A DNA stretch of 38,060 nt from an uncultured Gammaproteobacteria bacterium (lineage in GTDB: Bacteria; Patescibacteriota; Microgenomatia; UBA12405; UBA6130). Below are positions 1-7,912 of the stretch, piece by piece; positions within the stretch are counted from its first letter, which is position 1, and every line of letters begins with the position of its first letter. The stretch lies in contig CAZIOQ010000055.1 of the NCBI GenBank assembly GCA_964540975.1, positions 1 through 38,060 of the forward strand, given 5' to 3'. Position numbers and translations under genes: made by a program. The notes beneath the pieces were generated by a model. The model was not told the origin of the DNA. It saw only the letters and a list, made by a program, of their open reading frames with translations, and made no database searches.

Positions 1-88
1 GATGTAAACTGGCTTGATGATCCAGGATCGTTGAGGAGGTGATCTGAGGATTCGTCAGTCAAGAAATTAAATGATAAAATAAATTTAA

Positions 89-107
89 TCACAAAATAAT
101 TTTGTGA
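89..107. promoter_or_regulatory. Perfect 9-bp inverted repeat TCACAAAAT-a-ATTTTGTGA; candidate operator or RBS-occluding hairpin upstream of the 121..741 gene
   Basis: Read directly from the sequence. The right arm overlaps GAGGA (105-109), which lies 11 nt upstream of ATG 121. Confidence 0.35.
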
Positions 108-120
108 GGATATTTGGAAA

Positions 121-741
121 ATGCTTTTAAAAGAAAGAGAAAGGTTATCAGAAACTTTGTTAGGCAAGCAGGCAAAAGAGGCATTCAAATTCTTTGTTGA
201 AGAAAATGAAAAAATTAGTTGGGTTAATTTGGTTATTTACCAATCCTTACCCTTAGATCCTCAAGAGATCCAGCAAAAGCCAATTTGGGAAACAGGAGAT
301 CTTCTGCCAGTTTATTTAAAACGAAAAGAAATCTTAGCCGGCGAGATGCTGGAAAATCTAATTACTAAACTTCCTGCCGATAAAGCCGTGGGAATGAAAT
401 CAACAGTCTCTTTGGGGAAAAAACAGATGCGAGCCTATATTCCGATGATAGCTTTTCAAGGCCCTCAAACCGCTGATTTTCTTTGCCAAATCAAAGCTGA
501 TTTAAAAACAATCGGCCAGCAAAAAGGAGTTATTCTTCGAGTTGAAGGGTTTTTTCATTATTTTGGTTTTGAGCTTTTAAGAACCAGGCGTTCCTGGGAG
601 AAATTTTTGGGCAATTGTTGTCTTTTAGATTCAGTTGACCGTCATTATCTTGGGCATCAGTTAGTCACTGGTATGGGCATCTTAAGGATTTCTCCCTTTA
701 AGGATAAGCCCGATGAGCCAAGAGTGGTAGAATTACTTTAA
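121..741 (+). CDS. Hypothetical protein, 206 aa, probably co-transcribed with the DUF763 gene
   Basis: Track ORF with an ATG start preceded by GAGGA. An 11-nt gap separates it from the next same-strand gene. I recognise no motif. Confidence 0.6.
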   Translation: MLLKERERLSETLLGKQAKEAFKFFVEENEKISWVNLVIYQSLPLDPQEIQQKPIWETGDLLPVYLKRKEILAGEMLENLITKLPADKAVGMKSTVSLGKKQMRAYIPMIAFQGPQTADFLCQIKADLKTIGQQKGVILRVEGFFHYFGFELLRTRRSWEKFLGNCCLLDSVDRHYLGHQLVTGMGILRISPFKDKPDEPRVVELL

Positions 742-752
742 TTATCAAAATT

Positions 753-1889
753 ATGAGAACAGGAATTGCTGATTTTACTTTAGATTGGGGTCGATGCCCG
801 CCTTGGCTTTTTGAGCGGATGACAAGATTAGCCCGGGCGATTGGAATAGCGATTATTCAAGAGTTAGGCACTGAGGAATTTTTAAAAAGATTGGCAGATC
901 CGGTGTGGTTTCAGTCATTTGGTTGTGTTTTGGCTTTTGATTGGAATGCTTCTGGTTTAACCACTACTACTTTGGGTGCTTTAAAAGTTGCTTTTCGTGG
1001 TTTGGAAAAAGATTTAGGGGTTTTTGTTTGCGGTGGTAAAGGCAAAACTTCAAGAAAAACTCCCCAGGAAATTAAAAACTGGGGTTGGCGACTGGCTTTG
1101 GCTGAAGAAAAAATCAAAAGGTTTGAATATTCTTCCCGCGCCGCGGCCAAAGTTGACAGCAGCTTGATTCAAGATGGTTTTCAACTCTACCACCACAATT
1201 TTATCTTTAACAAAAAAGGACAATGGGTGGTGGTTCAGCAGGGAATGAATCTCCAAAAAGCAAGGGCGAGAAGATATCATTGGTTTGGCGATGAGCAAAA
1301 GGAATTGATTGAAGAACCACACACTGGGATTGCCTCGCAAATTTTTCTGACCAAAGTTTTGGATCTCACCTCTTCAAAAAGCAAAGAGAATAGGGCAGTG
1401 GCAACAAAATTAATTCAGTCATCAAAAACTTTGTTGAAAGATTTAAAAATTCTCAATAATCACCAACCTCGTTGGCAATTTAAAATTCTTTCTTTGCCTG
1501 GAATTGAATTTCATCATCATCCAGTTGAGCAGGAGTTTGTCAATTTTGAATCACCCCAATTCAAAAGAGCAATTAATCAAGCAATCATTGCCCAACCAAA
1601 CAATTTTGAAAAACTTTTGATGGTTAGGGGAGTGGGGCCGAAAACAATTAGGGCAATTAGCTTGGTGGCAGAAATTATTTATGGCGCCAAACCTTCTTAT
1701 GAAGATCCAGCCAGGTATACTTTTGCCCACGGTGGCAAAGATGGCACTCCTTATCCAATTGACAAAAAACTTTATGATCAGAGTTTAGCTGTGATTGAAA
1801 AGGCTCTTCGGCAAACTCGCGGTTTGACAATTAAAGAAAAATCGCAAACTTTATGGCGGCTTAAAAAATTTTTCCCTAATCAAGATTAA
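753..1889 (+). CDS. DUF763-family protein with a helix-hairpin-helix-like segment
   Basis: The N-terminus (GIADFTLDWGRCPPWLFERM ... WFQSFGCVLAFDWNASGLTTTT) matches my recollection of DUF763. GVGPKTIRAISLVAEIIYG resembles an HhH motif. Confidence 0.75.
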   Translation: MRTGIADFTLDWGRCPPWLFERMTRLARAIGIAIIQELGTEEFLKRLADPVWFQSFGCVLAFDWNASGLTTTTLGALKVAFRGLEKDLGVFVCGGKGKTSRKTPQEIKNWGWRLALAEEKIKRFEYSSRAAAKVDSSLIQDGFQLYHHNFIFNKKGQWVVVQQGMNLQKARARRYHWFGDEQKELIEEPHTGIASQIFLTKVLDLTSSKSKENRAVATKLIQSSKTLLKDLKILNNHQPRWQFKILSLPGIEFHHHPVEQEFVNFESPQFKRAINQAIIAQPNNFEKLLMVRGVGPKTIRAISLVAEIIYGAKPSYEDPARYTFAHGGKDGTPYPIDKKLYDQSLAVIEKALRQTRGLTIKEKSQTLWRLKKFFPNQD

Positions 1890-3114
1890 GAGGAAATTTT
1901 TGACAAAGTTTTTTTACTTCTTGGCGAACTTTTCTAATTGTTTTTGGCGAAGCAATCACATTTTTAATCAAATTACCAATTACTTTCATTTCTTTTTTTT
2001 TCATTCCTCTGGCGGTTATTGCTGGTGTGCCTAGGCGAATACCAGAAGGACGATAGGGAGGATTAGGGTCATTAGGAATTGTATTGGCGTTGACAACAAT
2101 GCCTGCTTTTTCTAAATTCTCAGCCGCGCTTTTGCCATCAATTCTAAAATTTCTTAAGTCAATTACCATTAAGTGATTGTCAGTGCCATTAGTTACCAGT
2201 TGAAAACCTTGTTTTTTTAATTCTTCAGCCAAAACTTGGGCATTGGTGAGTATTTGTTTGGCATATTTTTTAAAACTTGGTTGGCGAGCTTTTTTTAAAG
2301 CAATGGCAATACCGGCAATAGTAGAAAGATGTGGTCCGCCTTGCAGCCCGGGGAAAACCGCCCGATTAATTTTTTCCCCTAATTGATGATCTTTGCTTAA
2401 ACCTTTTTTGGTCACCAAAATTATTGCTCCTCTTGGTCCTCTTAGAGTTTTGTGGGTGGTGGTGGTAATAATCTCAGCCCAATTAACAGGCGAAGGATGG
2501 ACTCCGGCAGCAACCAAGCCAGCAATATGGCTAATATCAGCCAAAAGATAGGCTTTAACTTTTTGAGCAATTTTGGCAAACTTTTGCCAATCTAAAATTC
2601 TAGGAAAGGCAGTGGTGCCAACAACAATAATTTTTGGCTTTTGATTGAGGGCTAATTCTTCAATTGCTTGAAAATCAAACCAGTCAGCGGTTTTTCGCTT
2701 TAAATCAACCTCATATTGAATGCTTTGAAAATATTTTCCTGAAAAGGTGATTTTGGGCTGGCCATGGGTAAGATGTCCACCATGACTTAATTTTAAACCC
2801 ATTAGTTTATCGCCGGGATTTAAAAGAGCAAAATAAACAGCCATATTTGCCGGAGAGCCAGAATAGGGTTGAACATTGGCAAAAGGAACGGCAAAAAGTT
2901 TTTTCGCTTGATTAATCGCCTCGGTTTCGATTTGATCAACAAACTCCATTCCTTGGTAATATCTTTTCTGAGGATAACCTTCAGCGTATTTGTGCATCAG
3001 ACAAGAGCCAACAACCTTTCTTACCTCAGGATAGGTATAATTTTCCGAGGGAATCATCATTAAGGTTTCTTGCTGACGCTTTTTTTCTTTTGCCAAAAGA
3101 GAAAAAATTTTCAT
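1876..3114 (-). CDS. glyA: Serine hydroxymethyltransferase
   Basis: 412 aa with LMMIPSENYTYPEV, YAEGYPQKRYYQG and the PLP-lysine region TTTTHKTLRGPRG. Confidence 0.95.
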   Translation of the reverse strand: MKIFSLLAKEKKRQQETLMMIPSENYTYPEVRKVVGSCLMHKYAEGYPQKRYYQGMEFVDQIETEAINQAKKLFAVPFANVQPYSGSPANMAVYFALLNPGDKLMGLKLSHGGHLTHGQPKITFSGKYFQSIQYEVDLKRKTADWFDFQAIEELALNQKPKIIVVGTTAFPRILDWQKFAKIAQKVKAYLLADISHIAGLVAAGVHPSPVNWAEIITTTTHKTLRGPRGAIILVTKKGLSKDHQLGEKINRAVFPGLQGGPHLSTIAGIAIALKKARQPSFKKYAKQILTNAQVLAEELKKQGFQLVTNGTDNHLMVIDLRNFRIDGKSAAENLEKAGIVVNANTIPNDPNPPYRPSGIRLGTPAITARGMKKKEMKVIGNLIKNVIASPKTIRKVRQEVKKLCQKFPLNLD

Positions 3115-3251
3115 TTTGATCTAGGCAGCTTATAAACTATTTTATATTAACACTGATAGCCATCAAGCTCAAGGCCAAATGCCCGCTGGCCAAAAGGAGG
3201 AGTTGTGATAAAATCAGATGAAGTCTCTTGGCTGGAAGGGCATAAACAACG

Positions 3252-4205
3252 ATGATCAGTCCTGAAATCTTGAGTAATGAAGGCAGAAAAGAAGTTTCTC
3301 AAATAAGGGTGATTGAGGAGATTACCCGCAATGTCAAGGTGGTAGAAATTGATGGTAGAAGAAAATATCAGGTAATTTGGAGAGCAGGGACAGTGGGTCT
3401 AGAAGGAAAAGAATCTTTTAAAAAAGGAGAACCAGTGGTTTGTTATTTCGAGACAGCTCAGCAAGTTATTCACCAGCATGAGCGGGTTTTAGAGGGATAT
3501 TTAGGAACAGAGATTCCTTTGGCGGCCGGAAAAATTCTGGCTATTCCTGGCGAAACCCAAAAAATGGCCAGAATTTCCCAAGAACTTTCTTCTTTGGCTA
3601 GCCAATTTGTCATTCCTTTTACTTCTCAATCGTCAGCTCAACTAAAAGAGAGAGTGTTAAAAATAAAAGAAGAAATTGGCCGGGTGACTAATGAGTACAA
3701 ACAAAAAGCCCAATTTAAGTTGGGAGAAGTCTTTTTTTCTCAAGATGAGCGAAAAGCAAGCGAAGCAACGTTTTTGGCCAATTTGGCGATTTTAAAGAGA
3801 GCAGAGGAATGTTTGGACATAGTCGGTGGTACCAATTCAAGACTGCGGCGAGTAGTCAACAAAAAAGCTGAGTGGGAGGAAACAATCAGTCAAATATTTT
3901 ACGACGTAGCCCAAATCGTTAAAGATTTGGAAAGTGGAGTTTATGCTGGCCATCCCCGGAAGCGGGAACAGCTAGCTCGTCATATTTCTGGCCAAAGCGG
4001 GTGGTCTTTAGCCGGAAAGCTCAGCCAGATTTCTGGGCCTGAATATTGGCAAAGAATTCAGACGCGGGAGGTCCAGGGACTTTGGCGAGTAGGGGAACTT
4101 TTACGGGTAGGAAAAGACGAAGAAGCAAAAAGGGTTTTAATCACGGCAATTTTAAAACTGGAAAGAGTAGTTAAAGAAAAAGCTAAGCAGGAGCAAGATA
4201 GATAA
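3252..4205 (+). CDS. Hypothetical protein, 317 aa, helical and charged
   Basis: Long ATG-initiated ORF with no competing frame and no recognisable motif. Confidence 0.55.
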   Translation: MISPEILSNEGRKEVSQIRVIEEITRNVKVVEIDGRRKYQVIWRAGTVGLEGKESFKKGEPVVCYFETAQQVIHQHERVLEGYLGTEIPLAAGKILAIPGETQKMARISQELSSLASQFVIPFTSQSSAQLKERVLKIKEEIGRVTNEYKQKAQFKLGEVFFSQDERKASEATFLANLAILKRAEECLDIVGGTNSRLRRVVNKKAEWEETISQIFYDVAQIVKDLESGVYAGHPRKREQLARHISGQSGWSLAGKLSQISGPEYWQRIQTREVQGLWRVGELLRVGKDEEAKRVLITAILKLERVVKEKAKQEQDR

Positions 4206-5418
4206 GACCAACAGCTAAATTGGGATTTTCTTGATTAAATTGGTTTACCTCTTGGGAAAAATCATGAACCGCACCGTAAACTAAAGCAAATTTTTGGCCA
4301 GGAGCAAAGGCAGGATGTTGACTAATTAAATCTATCGCCACTTTTTCTCTGTCATCCATTGCTTGTTTTTCAAAATTATTTTCTTCTTCAACAATCTCTT
4401 TTGTTAACAAAGAAACGGCCTTTTTGTCTTTAAATGAGTCGAGCTGATTTAGTTTTTTTTCATATTCGCTTAAGGCAACCGCTGCTTCTTGGTTTTCCTT
4501 TAAGGTTTCGGTGGGATAAATTTCAATTTTGCCGTCAATAAACATTCTGAAAGGAGCTTCTAAAACTGCCTCAGATTCTCTCCCTTGGTGAGAAGAGGCG
4601 AGGATTTCGATTGATTTGGCGATTTCGTAAGCACTGACAAAAACTTCTTGTTCTTCGGGCTTCACGATCAAAGGTTGGGTTTGGAAATCGTTTTCTAATT
4701 CTTTTATTTTGTTTAAAACAATATAATCCAAAATTGCTTGGCAAATTGGGCATTGATGTTCTTTAGCAATTCCTTCAACTTGAAAATAATGATCAACTAG
4801 TTGTTGCCAGGCAAGAGCATCAGGCTTAAGAGGATCAAACATTCTTTCTTTTATCTTTCTTAAGTAGACTAAGATTTCTTTGCTTTCTTCAGAAACACCT
4901 TCAACAAATATTGCCTCAAACTGGCCTTGTTCCAAAACCCGCTCGATATTTCTCTGGTTTTGGGCAATTTCTTCTGAACGAATAATAGCTAAAGAACCGG
5001 CTGCAGGATGGAATTGACCGATATGGACAATAAATCGTTTGTTTTTATTGTTGATTTGCATTACTGGCTCAAAACCACAAATTTTTGGTTCAAAACCAAG
5101 AATTTCTCGAAAAACTCCTGGTTTAACTTTTTCTGCTTCTCGGGCAAATCTTGTTGGCAAACGGGGAGTTTCCTCTTGTTCTGACAAAATTAGCGAACCA
5201 ACCAGAGTGCCAGCAACACCAAGTATTCCCAAGCCTTGTAAAAATTCTCTCCTGGTCATTTTCTTTTTTTGTTCTCTGGTCAAAGCAGTCTCAATTTTTC
5301 TAGTTGATTGGAGGACATCTGGTTGGCGAAGGTTTTCTTCAATTGCTGCCTGAAGTTCTTGAAGAAGACTGGGTTTGGCTTTAGCGATTTCTAGTTCTGG
5401 GCTTTCTTTGCTGTCCAC
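4183..5418 (-). CDS. Hypothetical exported protein with a Tat-like signal (true start possibly ATG at 5259)
   Basis: MTRREFLQGLGILGVAGTLVGS (twin-arginine-like plus a hydrophobic helix) begins at residue 54 of the track ORF. The GTG at 5418 has no Shine-Dalgarno (SD) sequence. The rest of the protein is not recognisable; HIGQFH ... YGAVHDF are faintly TraB/Tiki-like. Confidence 0.6.
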   Translation of the reverse strand: MDSKESPELEIAKAKPSLLQELQAAIEENLRQPDVLQSTRKIETALTREQKKKMTRREFLQGLGILGVAGTLVGSLILSEQEETPRLPTRFAREAEKVKPGVFREILGFEPKICGFEPVMQINNKNKRFIVHIGQFHPAAGSLAIIRSEEIAQNQRNIERVLEQGQFEAIFVEGVSEESKEILVYLRKIKERMFDPLKPDALAWQQLVDHYFQVEGIAKEHQCPICQAILDYIVLNKIKELENDFQTQPLIVKPEEQEVFVSAYEIAKSIEILASSHQGRESEAVLEAPFRMFIDGKIEIYPTETLKENQEAAVALSEYEKKLNQLDSFKDKKAVSLLTKEIVEEENNFEKQAMDDREKVAIDLISQHPAFAPGQKFALVYGAVHDFSQEVNQFNQENPNLAVGLIYLAPA

Positions 5419-5542
5419 AAAAATATTTTAACCAAAAATTGTTTTTTTGTCTACTGGTAAGATTTTTGATTGATGGATTCTGAGAAAAATTTTTTTGACT
5501 CAAAGATGTTTTGGTTAAAAGTGATCAAAAATGAGAAAAATC

Positions 5543-5551
5543 TGATAAAAT
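5543..5551 (+). promoter_or_regulatory. Extended -10 promoter element TGATAAAAT upstream of tRNA-Pro
   Basis: A TGnTAAAAT motif ends 8 nt before the mature tRNA 5' end at 5560. Confidence 0.4.
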
Positions 5552-5559
5552 AAGAAAAA

Positions 5560-5634
5560 CGGGGTGTAGTTCATCAGGAGAACGTTCGGTTCGGGACCGA
5601 AAGGTAAGAGGTGCGACTCCTCTCACCCCGACCA
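5560..5634 (+). tRNA. tRNA-Pro (anticodon CGG), CCA encoded
   Basis: Hand-folded cloverleaf. Acceptor CGGGGTG/CACCCCG, anticodon arm TTCGG-TTCGGGA-CCGAA, T arm AGAGG-TGCGACT-CCTCT, discriminator A, then CCA. Confidence 0.9.
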
Positions 5635-5725
5635 ATCTAAATATTGGGCGAACGCTCTCGGAGCTTTGCCCATCACCCAAACTAGCCACTGGTTTTTGTC
5701 AAAAATTCCTCCCCTTTCTTTGTTA

Positions 5726-6442
5726 TTAACATATTACCTTTATATTTATATTATCAAAAAGCTGAGCCAGATTACTTACATCCCAAATTTTTTCCAGGTG
5801 ATATTTTTTATAAACCCAATCAGCATAATGATAGTTCATCTTGTCCAAAATCACATAATCTACCTTGCCTTTTAATCTTTTTGCCAATTCCTCGGCCCCA
5901 GGCAGAATTGGGGCAATCATCAGGTAATTTCTAATCCCCTCTTGATGTAATTTCTCCAAAGCTTTAATTCTTTGTTCAATTGGTGGTGCTTTTGGCTCAA
6001 AAATTCTTCGAATCTGTTCGCTGGCGGTAGTAATTGTCAACCCAACCTCGATCTCTTTAAATTTTTTAAACAAATCCAAATCCCTCAAAACCAAAGGTGA
6101 TTTTGTCTGAATTACTACTGGCCAGTTGTTTGCCAAAAAAATTTCTAAGCATTTTCTGGTTAACTGGTATTTTTTCTCCAGCGGCTGATAAGGATCACAA
6201 ACCCCGCTTATCCAAACTTTGTCGTTTTTCTTTCTTTTGATTTCTTTTGTCAACAATTCGGCCGCATTAATCTTAATATCAACAAATTTTCCCCACTTTT
6301 CCTTATGACCGGTATATTTTTTCATAAAAACAGCAAAGCAATAAACACAGCCATGCTGACAACCGGTATAAGGATTAAGCGTCCAGGGGTAAACTTTTGA
6401 TTTAGAAAGAATATTTTTCGCCAAAATTTTCCTTATTACCAT
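5726..6442 (-). CDS. Radical SAM protein, SplB/COG1533-like (DNA repair photolyase family)
   Basis: Contains the CxxxCxxC cluster motif GCQHGCVYCFA. The start is set at MVIRKILAKNILSKSKVY (ATG 6442), which matches typical family N-termini. The track ORF extends to a TTG at 6562. Confidence 0.85.
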   Translation of the reverse strand: MVIRKILAKNILSKSKVYPWTLNPYTGCQHGCVYCFAVFMKKYTGHKEKWGKFVDIKINAAELLTKEIKRKKNDKVWISGVCDPYQPLEKKYQLTRKCLEIFLANNWPVVIQTKSPLVLRDLDLFKKFKEIEVGLTITTASEQIRRIFEPKAPPIEQRIKALEKLHQEGIRNYLMIAPILPGAEELAKRLKGKVDYVILDKMNYHYADWVYKKYHLEKIWDVSNLAQLFDNINIKVIC

Positions 6443-7057
6443 CCTCTCAATTATACTCCAAAGCAAATCCACAATTTCTCCTTCTATCACCTTTTTATTA
6501 GCTTGACTTTTTTTCCATTTTTCGCATATGCCCCAAACAAAGAATCCTTTTTCATTGTCCAATATCTTCTATCAAAATATAGAGTACAATTTTCCAACGC
6601 CCGAAAACCAGTCCACACCTCTTTTGCTATTTAATGGCCAAATCATTGTTCCCTCAGGGAAAAACCAGACATCTTTTAATTTTTCTCCATCAAAAGGAAG
6701 TTGAAGTGGTGGCCTTTCTTTTTCTGACATTTTATTTTGCGCCTCAGAACCTCGCCCATCCTGGGGTGGGGATGGGTGAGGCTGGCATAATTAAATCAGG
6801 TAAAACGAAATGCATTATTTTAGAATTTGAAATTAAGCGAGATTTTGTTCGCATTATATCTTAAGTGGTCAGACAATTTTTGGACATCTTCCATGGGCAA
6901 AGATGGAGCAGGCAAGAAAAAGGTTGATACTGGTTTGTCAAGCTAAAATGACCCCGGATCGTAAAGCCCGCAAAGATTTCAGGGCAATCAAGGCTAGAAG
7001 AAAAGAGTCTTGCCCTCCCAATTTGCAATTTGGTAAACTCTGATCTATAATCTGGTG

Positions 7058-7597
7058 ATGTTTGAAGAATTTTCTTTTCTAGAAAAGCAACCAGAATTGG
7101 AACAACGGCTCAAAAAATTCCAACCCAAGCAAAACGAAGGAGAAGATTACTTAAGAGGAGCGCCTTTAATTACCCTTGTTCTAATTACTAAAGACAAACT
7201 GCAACTTTCTCTTTCTGCCAAAGAAATCTTGAATATGGTTAAGAGCGTTGAAAAAATAGCAGCAAGAATCGAAGATGGATCTATTTTGACTGAGCTGAAA
7301 ACTCCTTGCGAATTAAGACCTCAAACTGAAGACCCTGTCATTTACCTTCAATACAAAGGAGAACAAATTCTTCCATTCACTCCAGTTAAAATTTTTTTGG
7401 GAAAAGTTATCAGTACCTATTATCCCGACATCCGTTTAAGAACCTGCCTTTTAGGAGAAATAGAAGAGTGGGGAAATTTTTTACCCAATACTCAAAAAAA
7501 TACCGAGGTCACTGATTTTTTTCCTTTCCCTGATCAACCATCTCTTATTCCGTTGCCAAAAAAATTTAGAACATCCCTTCCAGGAATAAGCCATTAA
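7058..7597 (+). CDS. Hypothetical protein, about 179 aa
   Basis: Track ORF. The ATG at 7058 immediately follows the GTG at 7055. No recognisable motif. Confidence 0.5.
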   Translation: MFEEFSFLEKQPELEQRLKKFQPKQNEGEDYLRGAPLITLVLITKDKLQLSLSAKEILNMVKSVEKIAARIEDGSILTELKTPCELRPQTEDPVIYLQYKGEQILPFTPVKIFLGKVISTYYPDIRLRTCLLGEIEEWGNFLPNTQKNTEVTDFFPFPDQPSLIPLPKKFRTSLPGISH

Positions 7598-7912
7598 AGA
7601 GGTTATCTTTCCTTTAAAATGGAACAGTGCCCCAAAATTTCACATTGCTCCTGCCTTAAATACTCATTGGTGGATTCTACCCGGAGCGTAAAGTTGGGGG
7701 TGTTGGTTTTCTGCTTTGGCGGTTTTTTAGAATATGGTAAAATGAACAGAGAGATAAAGTTGGCGTGGATTAAAATTTAAAATCAATCAAGATGAGCAGA
7801 GGAGAACATGGTTTATCAGCCAAAATTGTGGCAATTTGTCCTTTTTTAGCCGAACGAAGAAAAGGTTTTATCGCAAAATCCCGTTAGCCACAGTTGATTG
7901 ATAAGGCTGAAA

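Noticed and set aside
1-42. Possible 3' end of an upstream plus-strand gene (DVNWLDDPGSLRR, then a stop codon)
   Set aside because: Only 13 codons are visible, which is too short to support any call.
911-1340. Antisense ORFs 911..1150 and 1050..1340. The same class includes 2869..3063, 4571..4753, 5039..5353, 7935..8129, 8314..8511, 8889..9087, 10404..10661, 12311..12529, 15056..15405, 16949..17149, 19301..19544, 20153..20344, 21190..21417, 23979..24185, 26941..27201, 28179..28904, 29694..29888, 30527..30970, 31842..32045, 32815..33006 and 35480..36248.
   Set aside because: Each is nested inside or opposite a longer ORF with clear family motifs. None has start signals or a recognisable motif. 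They are typical shadow frames.
6572-6574. UGA recoding (genetic code 25 or 4) as an explanation for the in-frame TGA upstream of the radical-SAM gene
   Set aside because: The TGA is immediately followed by TAG. TGA also terminates well-defined genes here (rtcB at 9319, mreB at 12587, the acyltransferase at 16170). Long ORFs are intact under the standard code.
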